A DNA stretch of 45,266 bases from Craspedostauros australis (taxonomy: Eukaryota): assembly GCA_030167865.1 (NCBI GenBank), contig JALAGF010004746.1:1-45266 (forward strand), written 5' to 3'. This document shows, in pieces, positions 10,380-20,507 of this stretch; position 1 is the first letter of the stretch, and each line of letters starts with the position of its first letter. Both the position numbers and the translations under genes were made by a program. A model generated the notes under the pieces. The model ran no database searches. It was not told where the DNA came from and was given only the letters and a program-made list of their open reading frames with translations.

Positions 10380-12374
10380 GCGTCTCATACGTATTGGTTG
10401 GTTATTGGTATGCGTGATTGAGCTGCTGCTTCCATCGCCGTATCAATGATACCACTGCTGACAAATTTGAACGATAGCAATGACGGCGGCGGTGTGATGA
10501 CGAATAGCGACGACCTCATGAACACATCCCCATGTTATTGATGGAAGGAGCGAGAGCAAGCACCAGTCGAGTTGAGAGGTGGCGAGAAATGAAGCTGGGC
10601 CTTGTTCGTCTACCGCAGAATGAGGTTGAACTTGAGTAATGGAGATGGTATGTCTACTATAGAGAGCGATTGTCATCTGAACACGACCCCATCCCTTCAT
10701 TTGTGTTGCTTTTGTTGCTCTCCTTCTCTTGCTGCAACATGATATTGAGGTCAGATTTATGGTGGTGGAAGATGAGGATGGAGTAGCTGGTTGCGTCGCG
10801 AAATGTGTTGTCATGTCCGTGCCGCTTTGCAGCATGGCCGAATGATCAGGTTCGACCTTGTCCTCTTCAACTCACACAAGGGCACGACCACGACCACAAT
10901 CGTCAGGCAACGGATCTGTACAGACGTGTGGCACATGCATCCGCAAAAGGTCTGTAAAGTACTGACCGGGAGGAAAGCCAACGGCGGCCTCGAGGCGTTC
11001 TGCGCACAGCGGATGTCCATGGCAGTGAGGAAGAAGCAGTAAAAAATGGAACTGATCAAGGAGGTTCCACTGTTGGGGATGGTGCCGAAGAGGTGATTGT
11101 CCAACAGCACAGACGATGAATTTGGGGACCCGTTGATGCTGTCGTCCCCCTCTGTTGCAATTGCCTTCATTCATCTCTTGACGAGTTTGCCGCTGTGCGT
11201 ACACAACACAACCATTGGTGGGTGGTATTCTATTATGATGCACCATTGATGCTGTCAGTAATCGCATCATGCGAGAGGAGGCGAAGTGATGTACGAAGAT
11301 GAAGCGAGGAGAATGTTATGCCCCAGTTTGGCGTTTGCGGTATTATGACCATTGACGTTATCGCCAAAAATGAAAAACCTTACGAAGTGACAAAAGGTGG
11401 AAGCTGATCGATTGTTTGTTCCGCCTTGTGGGCGTGCTGGTAGCACCATGCGAAGTGGTCGTAGTTCGCGGATGCCCGCAGCGGGTGGTTGTGCGCCACA
11501 TTTGTGTTTTGGTTGGACTATTCCGCCGTTGACGTGTTGTGCGGGGCAGCTGGCGTGGGTCCCTTCTGCGTTACTTTGTGTTGTGGCGTGTTACGTCACG
11601 TGCGACATCAAAAGCGTTTCTCCGCCGACGAATCTTCGGCGCACTCATTCCGTCGCGTTCCAGAACTGTGGGCGAATCTCCTCCTTTGTGAAATTTCAGC
11701 TGTCACACGTTGCGCGAAAAGCACAGCCAGCGCCTTGTTCTCCCATGTCCAACAGTCGATGAACAGGAAGACAGCAACAGCGGATGAAAACAGAGTCACC
11801 AAACTCGTACCCAACATACTCTGCTCTACGAGCTACTCTATTGGTGTTCGCCCACCAAACCAGACGACTCTCTGGGAGTAGAGTATTGATCGGCGTTGCC
11901 GCAGACTGACTTCTGACGAACGATACCAGCACAGATACCAGCACAGATACCGGAACAAGCACCCAACACTCAACACTCAACACTCAACACACGACATTCA
12001 CCATACCCAACAAACGAGTACGGCTTTGCGAACGTCCAAACAAGGCACATGTTCTACATACCATACGAGTAAAGAGCAAGGAAACGTTCATACTCAGAGA
12101 GCAAGAAGGAAGCAACAACTTACTGGACGCTACGAGCTATCGAAGGCCCCGTGTACGCAAGGACGCTCTGCACTGAAAACTGCAACAACGCCACAACGGC
12201 CTATTCGTCACTAGACGGTCGTTGGTCCCATCGAAGGCTCAGGCGTCCACACATCGAAAGGGTTAGTGAAGTCGCCGCTGCTTAGGAGCATCATCACATT
12301 GCAATTGCCATTGCCATCACTATCATTGTTTTTGCATTGATGCGCATGTTGCTTGTCCAAAGTCAGGAAGGTCC

Positions 12375-14732
12375 ATGATGAAGACGGCTGATGACGGTGA
12401 AACATACTCACCCAGTCGCTCTTCGAACGCCACCCAGCACACAGCGCTCGGTGACAGCAGTCCACAGCACATGACGTTCAAGAGAAGACGATCGAGTCAA
12501 CAGAGTGCGGCGTTGGTGTTCGATACAGACCAGAACGACATCGACTCCGTTCAGCCATCCAGCGTAGTTGGTCGCTCAGATAGCACGGTGGTAAGCAGTG
12601 GCAGCGCAAGCATGGGTTCTTCGAAACGATTGAAGGCAGCATCTGTCCGTTCCAAAGCTGATGATGGAGGGGAAGATTCAAAGCATCAGCACAATCGGGC
12701 TTCGTCTGAACAGTTCCATGGTCCCCATGAGATCTATTCGCCACATGAACAGAAGCAAGATCAGCAACCGCAACATCAGCAGAGGCAACAGATCCAACAG
12801 CAGGAGCAGCATTCAACACAGAATGAGATGCTCGATCATGAGACTAAACAAAACATGGAAGCTGAGATGCCATGGTCGCAAGAACTGCACAAATCGTTTG
12901 TGGATGCCATCTTCGAAGTTGGCATGATCCATTCGTCGCCGTCCGTCATTGCGGAGAAGATGCAGACAAAGCCGACCAACCTCACGAGCGAACGGCTCAA
13001 ATCGCATCTGCAGAAGTTCCGACAATCCCGGGACAAAGAGAAACGCAAATTCATGGAGGAGTACGAATCGAATCTGCACACCTTTCGGCAAATGAGATCG
13101 ATACTGTTCACCGATCCCGGCGCCACGCGCTCCATGCTGGGTAATCAGGGCAAGATACTCGGTGGGAAGCTGCCTGCCTTCCTCACGCACATCGTGCTTG
13201 AAGAAGCCAGGTCTGTGCGGCGCAGCAAGATGATCGCTGCTGCGACATCATCGCCAGAGATGATGCGGCAGATTCCACAGCAGATCAAGACATTCACAAC
13301 AACCGATGGGTCTCAGTGTGCCTTCGTTCCTTTTCCGAACCTCACAGAGGCCGAGACAGAGGGGCATCTGGGGGCTTCGTTGACTCTCGTTCGCGGCTTG
13401 ATCCAGAACATGGGCGCCTTCTTGCTCAATCAACGTAGTTCGGATCTGAGCTTCCATAACGCCCATGCAGGCCAAAGGCCGCAGCAACGACAGCATCAAC
13501 AGCATGGGCGTGTACCTTGGCCTCCTTCACATTCACATTCGCGTTCGTCATTGCCGTTGCCACTGTCACTACCACCACCATCACTACAACAGCGATCGCA
13601 AGATTCACAGAGCCCACGGCAAGCAAAACGATCTGGGCCTTCGCATCTCATGCGCGTATCCGAGCATGAACATGTAGAGTCACAGGAGCGTGTTGCAGAA
13701 AGCTCGAGCATTGGCGGCGATGGCAACAGCAGCAGCATGACGAAAGGCATCGACTATCGCTTGACAAATCGAATAAAGGCGGACGCTTCCCCAGTTACCG
13801 GCGCTGTTGCTTCCTCCTCTCCTCATGGCAGTGCAAAAACGCCACGCAACTCACCACAATCGTTGCCCTGGGCTGCAGACTCTTCGCAGCAAGCCAATGC
13901 CATCACAAAACCATTGCAAATGCCCGGTACTTCTGGCAACATCTTGCATCCTTCGTCTCTGCGGGAGACTTTTGTTCCACCCAAAACAACACACCTGCTA
14001 TTGGACTATCACAACCACCAGAAGCAGCCAACACTGCAACCAACTCAAGCAGGGCGTGTACCAGATCGCAGCGAACAAGAAGCACAAGGTCAGACCGAGG
14101 TAACAAAGCCAGATGATGAACACCACGGCCTGATTGGAATGCAGCCACACGATTCAGGGTTGTACCACCATCCGTATCTGAATCAGCGGCAACCACATCA
14201 CACAAGACGTGCCTCCACTTCTTCCTTGCCAATATCAACGTCAATGTCAATGGCTAGATATCATGCCCACAATCATCAGTACCCAAACCTTGGCAACCGG
14301 TTGCTATCAGATGCACTCAATGTGAGCATGCAACAAGATGCAAGTGCTGGCATGCTATCATCAGAGCATGCATCTCAACCATACCCTCGCAACCACGCCA
14401 GACGCATGTCTGATGTAATCAATGCCGCCGGGGGCCGAATATCGATGGCAAACAATCATGATCAAAATTCCCGTCCGCTCAAGAGGCAGGAATCGGATGA
14501 ATTCCCCCACCTCGGACAAGCCTCCTATCGGCAACTCGATGACGCAATGCAAAGCTTGCGTGGCTTGTCACCTCCGCCCAACCGTGATGACTCAGGATCG
14601 GAGGCATCTCAAAACCATGAGATATCACCCCTCACATTTCGGCCCATGATGCTGACACACGAGGGAATGCCATCTTTGCCAGCGTCACCAAGAAAGCACG
14701 AAGACTCAGGACAATCAGATGACGAAAAATAG
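12375..14732 (+). CDS. GARP / SHAQKYF-class single-repeat Myb transcription factor, 785 aa
   Basis: MPWSQELHKSFVDAIFEVG..SPSVIAEKM..LTSERLKSHLQKFR (~12865-13025) is the GARP signature. The rest is Q/S/H-rich low complexity. The 5' end is not verified. Confidence 0.88.
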   Translation: MMKTADDGETYSPSRSSNATQHTALGDSSPQHMTFKRRRSSQQSAALVFDTDQNDIDSVQPSSVVGRSDSTVVSSGSASMGSSKRLKAASVRSKADDGGEDSKHQHNRASSEQFHGPHEIYSPHEQKQDQQPQHQQRQQIQQQEQHSTQNEMLDHETKQNMEAEMPWSQELHKSFVDAIFEVGMIHSSPSVIAEKMQTKPTNLTSERLKSHLQKFRQSRDKEKRKFMEEYESNLHTFRQMRSILFTDPGATRSMLGNQGKILGGKLPAFLTHIVLEEARSVRRSKMIAAATSSPEMMRQIPQQIKTFTTTDGSQCAFVPFPNLTEAETEGHLGASLTLVRGLIQNMGAFLLNQRSSDLSFHNAHAGQRPQQRQHQQHGRVPWPPSHSHSRSSLPLPLSLPPPSLQQRSQDSQSPRQAKRSGPSHLMRVSEHEHVESQERVAESSSIGGDGNSSSMTKGIDYRLTNRIKADASPVTGAVASSSPHGSAKTPRNSPQSLPWAADSSQQANAITKPLQMPGTSGNILHPSSLRETFVPPKTTHLLLDYHNHQKQPTLQPTQAGRVPDRSEQEAQGQTEVTKPDDEHHGLIGMQPHDSGLYHHPYLNQRQPHHTRRASTSSLPISTSMSMARYHAHNHQYPNLGNRLLSDALNVSMQQDASAGMLSSEHASQPYPRNHARRMSDVINAAGGRISMANNHDQNSRPLKRQESDEFPHLGQASYRQLDDAMQSLRGLSPPPNRDDSGSEASQNHEISPLTFRPMMLTHEGMPSLPASPRKHEDSGQSDDEK

Positions 14733-16021
14733 GTGGAGTAGTAGTACGGGCTACACGTACCAGATGTAAAGGTGGGTCATCTCGATCATGAATTAGTCTG
14801 CTCCAAGGGGCACAACAAGATGAATACGGACAACGCATACATGGTACAGTTTGAGATGCAATAATGTGGAGTGTATCGTAGTACGAGACGAGTATGTCAC
14901 AATTGTAGAGACAACATTCTTGCGCATAGCACACTCCGTCTTCCAGTCAACCAAACCAATAAATCCATAGCATACGAGTCCAAGTGCGGGTGCGAGGACG
15001 AGCATCTCTCTCTCCCGCAAGTCAATCTCTATTCTTCTCCCAACAAGTTCGAGATGGCGACGATTCTGCACACATCCCAAGCCCACAGCATACGTCTGCG
15101 CCGCAAATCTGACAGAGCGTTCACGGTGCGTTCTCTGCCGGAACGAATCTCACCGTTGGTTCCGAAAATACAGTGTCGTCGTGGAGAATCTCTGTTAGGG
15201 AACCGACGCGATCACCGAAACAGCTTCTTGGTAAGAAGCGCGACTAGTTGGACTATGACCTCTTGCTAGCAACGGGAGATGCAAGGACGTTATATTGTAC
15301 ACATTTTGGTTTGGTTCATGACGAACGAAAACACAAACGGGATTAAATCATGTAACGGACAAGTATTTTAACGGACATGTACACATTCCAACTCGTGTTT
15401 CGCAATCGTGTTCACGTTTGGGGCGATATTAGTCGGATGAGACATAGATGCGACATGTTTGTCATCACAAAATGGAGCGCAAATCGAGGGCGAAACTGGG
15501 AAAGATCGTGCGCGTGTCTTCATCAACAGTTCTCATCTGTTGATGGCGCGTAACGCAAGGTTGATGAGCGTGTTCAACAGCACAACCACCATCTTTGACT
15601 TTTCTTCTCTCTGCGATCGGCCTTTCCGCTACCATCATGAACAACAACGACACAACAACACTGCGTGGCCAATCCAACAGAAACATGCGCACGTGTTATT
15701 ACGAGCTACGAGCATCTACTGGCACCCATCAAAGATCGGCCATCAACCAACGGCATCAGCAATCGCGACTCAACTGCAAGTGCACCATCGATGGCTTCAC
15801 CCACCGCCATCGTGCGTCTCGACAGTGTGCCATTCACACCTTCGTACGCCTGCGTCTTTGATGATAGCGACAGCTTCACTTGCTTCACTTCCCTCCTCGT
15901 CTGTCTTCATCCCATCCTGGTTCATTCACTGTCATTGGCTTGATCTGATCATCCAGCATCCAGCATCAATCATCAATCATTGAAGTCCTCTCTCCAGTGT
16001 GATAACTATCAACCAGCCATC

Positions 16022-17113
16022 ATGGAACAACTGCAGTATATCCAAGATCACACCAAGTGCCTCTGCTGCCTCAAGGCATTCCACTTCCAACCAAAAGCCG
16101 ACGTTGACACCATGCAACATGGACAAGGGTTACACTGTCACTCGGCTGTGCCCTCGGATGCATCTCGCACATGTGGCATGGATATGAAGCGCACGAAACA
16201 GAGTGGCACCACCGGCTCTCACCGGTATCAGCGCACCGCCAATCATGCGCGTGGCATTCGAGAGGCCATGGCATCGTTCAAGGCCAAGCACAAGGCTCGA
16301 CGTAAGAACATCGGGACCAAGACTAACAAGAAGATCAAGAACAAGAGCGACAGCAGCAGGAACAACAAGAGCAATAACAGGAACGAACCGACCCAGCCTC
16401 GATACCCCGTGACTTCATGCGCTTGCAATCACATCATCTGCAAGCCATGTCTCATTCAACATGATGCACAATCCGCCAGCAACCGCGATGGACGCAGTCG
16501 TACATCATCTCGGTTCATGGCATGCCCACTGTGTCATGCTGCGAAGGCATTTTCCAAACGCCTCACGCTCGACCAATCCCTCATGGATGGGTTGAAGGAC
16601 ACGAGCATGTGCGCAAGCGAAGTTGTGATCCCGGCAAACAGCTTTGGTTCCATCTCCGGTGTTGGCCAATTGGGTGCGCACAGCGGACATAGCGAGATCA
16701 AGGCAGCATCCAAGACCCGATCGCAATCCGATGATGCGGTCAGCGCTGATGCCGAAACTAACTCCGGAACAGACAGTGGTAAGGGAAGCATTGACAGCGG
16801 CTCTTTCCGCAAGGGGTACTTAACGGTCGGGAATGATCCAATGAGCGTCCCATTGACGGCATGGCCGAATGTGCTGAATCGTGTCAATAGCATGTTCCGA
16901 GACGAAGGCCGTGGTAGTCCTCTGGTTGGAGCTGAGAATAAAACGAAAGCGAACAATGAGGAGGCAACAGAGACGATCGCAACAGTTGCTCCGTCCACAA
17001 TGCCTGCGCTGTCGGAATACAGTATGATCTTGCGGTTGAACATGTTGCATGACATGATCCGCTTGGGTGTGACGCAGAACACGGAGTTGTATTCTTGTGC
17101 GCAGGCCCACTAA
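16022..17113 (+). CDS. RING-HC-like zinc finger protein with long loop insertion, copy 1 (363 aa)
   Basis: CLCC ... CACNHIICKPC ... CPLC. It is paralogous over its whole length to 37790-38767, with the same start MEQLQ(Y/F)IQDHTKC and the same end LRLNMLHDMIRLGVTQNTELY. Confidence 0.78.
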   Translation: MEQLQYIQDHTKCLCCLKAFHFQPKADVDTMQHGQGLHCHSAVPSDASRTCGMDMKRTKQSGTTGSHRYQRTANHARGIREAMASFKAKHKARRKNIGTKTNKKIKNKSDSSRNNKSNNRNEPTQPRYPVTSCACNHIICKPCLIQHDAQSASNRDGRSRTSSRFMACPLCHAAKAFSKRLTLDQSLMDGLKDTSMCASEVVIPANSFGSISGVGQLGAHSGHSEIKAASKTRSQSDDAVSADAETNSGTDSGKGSIDSGSFRKGYLTVGNDPMSVPLTAWPNVLNRVNSMFRDEGRGSPLVGAENKTKANNEEATETIATVAPSTMPALSEYSMILRLNMLHDMIRLGVTQNTELYSCAQAH

Positions 17114-17444
17114 ACACAGGATAAGACGCAACACGGATAGGGCGCCGTGCTTTACATGTTCGTATGACCGCCCGAGACGACGACATTGCAACGACTAGCA
17201 ACTAAATGATCCACGCTACTAATATTCTTGAGTATCGTGAAGGGAAGCAAGCACACGATGCGTGAAAAAATGAAACTATATTCTCTCCAGAGGACTGCAA
17301 GATTCTCTCTCTGCTGTGGCAAGTTTCGCATTGATTCGCACAATATGTAAACAGATACTTAATTGTTGCAATGCTACTTTTTAGATACTGGTATGCTCTC
17401 CTCGTATGTCTATGGTATGGAATGGTACGAACGAAACCGTACCA

Positions 17445-20400
17445 TCACTTCTTGTTCGCCTTGACGCGCGCCTTGCGTTGGATTTCTCGGTTCTGCGCCA
17501 TCTTCTTGTCCAGCTTGATCTTGGCGAGCTGGCTCCGGATATCCAATCCCAGTTTCACCAGCGTCGTGTTCCCGCCAAGCAGGTCACACAGTTCGTCCTC
17601 CGTCGCAGAGCTTGTGGGCTTCGACTGGTGGCGTATCTGCAATTCGATGACGGTGGAATTCTTGGACATGCTGGCCATGATCGCGCTGAGGCCTTCATCA
17701 GCGATCGCGTTGCTGTCAAGCAGAACTCGCTCGATGGTGCTGTTGGATTCCAGAGACTTTGCCAGCGCGACCGCGAACTTGCAATCCAGCTTCAGCGTGC
17801 TCATTTGCAAGGTCGTGACATGGGTGTTGTTCTCGAATGCCGCGCCCGACTTGACCTTCTCTTCTTGATTCAACGACAAGAACCGGTTGTTGCCGACAAT
17901 CTCCACATCCGTGATTTCAGGATCGTTGGCAGCGATCTTGTCAAAGTACTGTTCCATCTCGTTACGCTTGCGCTCTTGCAGCGTCCCGGTCTTGATGGCG
18001 TGATGCCGGCGCGCCTGTCGTAGGAAGTCCACGTTGCGTTGGATGTACTTGTTGATCTGTTGCCGTTCCAGGAGATTGCGGACGCGCAGGCTGAATCGGA
18101 CGACGCTGCGGTTCACGCACAGCGCATGCGCCAACTTCAGCTCGGCCTTGCTGCTGAGCAACGCCTTCTGATTCTCCAGTCGCAGCACCTGCAGGTACTG
18201 GAAGGTGGTGGGGCTGCCAACGCACTTGGCGATTGCCACGGCGCCCTTCTCGGTGATGAAATTGGTCTCAACGTTGAGCGTGTTCAACTTTGGTAGCATC
18301 TTCTCATTCTCAAAGCAACGGTCGGCCAGGGCCTCGAAGAAGTCGTTGTCGCAACATGAGTTGGCCATGTTGATGCTGATGATGTTCTTCATCTGCGGAT
18401 GGCTGAGCAAGGCATCGACAAACTTCTTGACAATGAGAGGCCGGGCCGGGTCGGTCTTGGGGAAGCGCTTGAATAGCTTGAACTGATTGCAGAAATCAAA
18501 CACGAGCGATCCCTTCTCTTCTTTCTCCACCAGGAAAGACGAGATGAATTCCTCATCCAGGAATTCTCCGTCGGCGGTCATCGGCATCGCAAAGCCAGTG
18601 GTGCTGGCGGTGTCCATGGATTTGCCGTCTGACGATCCGCTGTACGCGCGGCTGGGTGCACGCCGACCCGTGGAACCGGCCTTGCTGGCTGTGCCATCAT
18701 CGTCGTCGTCGAGCACGACCATATCGCCCAGCTTGTATTTGTCAAAGAGCTGGGAGAGTTCGTAGAGGTATCCCCAGTCGTCGTCCTTCACGACCAGGAT
18801 GGTTTCCTCCGCCTTGCGCTGTTCAAAGAGCTCCTCCGCACGTTCCATCTCGAATTGGAGGAACTTGAGCAGCTGGTCGTCACCAGCCACTGGCGATTTG
18901 TTGGCGTTTTTGTTGCGTTCCACGAACTTCTTGAGACGCTTCGGTCCGGTCTTGGTCTTGAAGTCCAGAGAGAATTGCTTGACGATGTCGTTCTGCTCCA
19001 ACGCCTCGAATACCGACTCCTCTGCATTTTCGAAGATGGGGGAGTTCTGCTTGCTGAGCTCCACCTTGAGGAGGGACTTGTTGGATGGCATGGATTGACA
19101 GAACTCGATGAGCGCGTCGTTCGTGAAGCTGTTGTTCTTGAGGTTGATCTCGCGTAGCGTGAAGTTGGTCTCGATGCTGGTGGCCAACGACGAAAGGAAC
19201 TGGTTGCCCAGATCCACGCCCTGGATGGAGATCTTGGTGATGTGAAGGTTGGATCGCAGCGACTCGGCGAAGGCATCGACGAGGGCCTTGGAGACGTGTT
19301 CGAAGCGAGGATCCGTGTCCACGATGATCTCCGTGACGGTCGGGTCATTGTGAATGGCCTTCGTCATGTTGCTGACGAGGTCGTTGTCTCGCACCGAGAG
19401 GCGTCGCGTGACCGGGAATCCGCCCGCGTTGTCAATGCGCTCGATCAGCCCGCGCACCATGTCCGACTTCGACTTATCCTTGAGCTTGTCGACCGCCGCC
19501 TGTGCACGTGTGTCGGTGGAGGCATCCGTGGACGTCTTGGTGAGGAGGTTGGCGTTCTTCTTGGGAGGCGGGGTTCCGGCATTCTTGTTGGTCGAGGTGT
19601 ACTTGCCAGGAGTATTGGGTTTGAAGTGCGACGCGCCCTTCAACTTGCCGACCTTGCTGGGCGTACCTCCACCGAACGGAGTCGTGGTCTGTGATTTGAA
19701 GTCGTTGGCTTTCTTGCCGATGGAGCCGATCTTCTTCGCTCCCTTCTTCTTCTTGGGCGACGGGGTGACGGTCTTGGTCTTCCCAAACGGACTCGACCCC
19801 TTGATGCTTCCGACCTTCGATTTCTTTATCTTGCCCGGCGATTTCGTGGCACCGTTGGCAGCCGAAGGAGATCCAAATTTCTTGGCCTTGACAAAGCCGC
19901 CTGTCGTCTTCTTGGGCGTCGGTGATGTAGATTTAGATGCGGACGCTGAATTCTGAAACGCAGCCGATCTGTCCTTGAGAGTCTTGCCACCGCTGCCATT
20001 GCCGGTTGCCTTGGACGCTCCAAACTTGCTGGCGGCGGGCGAGGAAAATGTTTTCTTGCTAGGCGATGACGTCTTACTGGGCGATGGTGTCTTGGCACTG
20101 CTGCTGCTGCTGCTGGCACCGAATGGTGATGCCTTGGACTTCAATGATCCGACCTTTTTGGTTTTGGGAGAAGGTGTCACTGCATTGGACTTTGCTGCTG
20201 GTGACCCGGCTGCCTTTTGGAACGCAGCGCTGCGCGACTTGAGGCTGTTGCCGTTCGATGTTGTGGGACCAGCGTTTGATTTGTAGCTGTTTATCCGGTC
20301 TTTGATGCTTCCGGTCTTGGGACTGGCACCACCAGCAGCTGCACTAACACCACCTGCAGCCTTGAGATCGGTCTCGTAGTCCTGTAGCTTGCTCTGAAGC

Positions 20401-20507
20401 TTTTTGTAATCTTTGTGAGTTATTCCCTTCTCGGCCTTCGTGTCCTCCATCATTGACTGGATCTTCTTGATCTTCTTCTTCAGGATGCGGGGCGAGTATT
20501 CCACCAT
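17445..20507 (-). CDS. 1020-aa protein with K/S/P/G-rich repetitive N-terminus and three tandem tropomodulin/leiomodin-type LRR domains
   Basis: There are three units (~18900-19350, ~18000-18500, ~17445-17945). They carry Tmod LRR hallmarks NDP..E, LAxxLxxNxTLxxLNLxxNxI, LNTLNVETNFITEKGAV, ELQIRHQSKP..E..LCDLLGGNTTLVKLG and the end helices RNVDFLRQARR / QNREIQRKARV. Start placed at MVEYSP (20507), because the upstream ORF part crosses (GATAC)n repeats. Confidence 0.8.
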   Translation of the reverse strand: MVEYSPRILKKKIKKIQSMMEDTKAEKGITHKDYKKLQSKLQDYETDLKAAGGVSAAAGGASPKTGSIKDRINSYKSNAGPTTSNGNSLKSRSAAFQKAAGSPAAKSNAVTPSPKTKKVGSLKSKASPFGASSSSSSAKTPSPSKTSSPSKKTFSSPAASKFGASKATGNGSGGKTLKDRSAAFQNSASASKSTSPTPKKTTGGFVKAKKFGSPSAANGATKSPGKIKKSKVGSIKGSSPFGKTKTVTPSPKKKKGAKKIGSIGKKANDFKSQTTTPFGGGTPSKVGKLKGASHFKPNTPGKYTSTNKNAGTPPPKKNANLLTKTSTDASTDTRAQAAVDKLKDKSKSDMVRGLIERIDNAGGFPVTRRLSVRDNDLVSNMTKAIHNDPTVTEIIVDTDPRFEHVSKALVDAFAESLRSNLHITKISIQGVDLGNQFLSSLATSIETNFTLREINLKNNSFTNDALIEFCQSMPSNKSLLKVELSKQNSPIFENAEESVFEALEQNDIVKQFSLDFKTKTGPKRLKKFVERNKNANKSPVAGDDQLLKFLQFEMERAEELFEQRKAEETILVVKDDDWGYLYELSQLFDKYKLGDMVVLDDDDDGTASKAGSTGRRAPSRAYSGSSDGKSMDTASTTGFAMPMTADGEFLDEEFISSFLVEKEEKGSLVFDFCNQFKLFKRFPKTDPARPLIVKKFVDALLSHPQMKNIISINMANSCCDNDFFEALADRCFENEKMLPKLNTLNVETNFITEKGAVAIAKCVGSPTTFQYLQVLRLENQKALLSSKAELKLAHALCVNRSVVRFSLRVRNLLERQQINKYIQRNVDFLRQARRHHAIKTGTLQERKRNEMEQYFDKIAANDPEITDVEIVGNNRFLSLNQEEKVKSGAAFENNTHVTTLQMSTLKLDCKFAVALAKSLESNSTIERVLLDSNAIADEGLSAIMASMSKNSTVIELQIRHQSKPTSSATEDELCDLLGGNTTLVKLGLDIRSQLAKIKLDKKMAQNREIQRKARVKANKK

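Noticed and set aside
10790-11270. IPNSGTS peptide resembling a sulfotransferase PAPS loop
   Set aside because: Isolated 7-mer with no supporting context in any frame.
17422-17445. 8-bp stem hairpin (atggtacg/cgtaccat) at the stop of the triple-LRR gene
   Set aside because: Short, embedded in a GGTAT-like microsatellite, and not meaningful as a terminator in a eukaryote.
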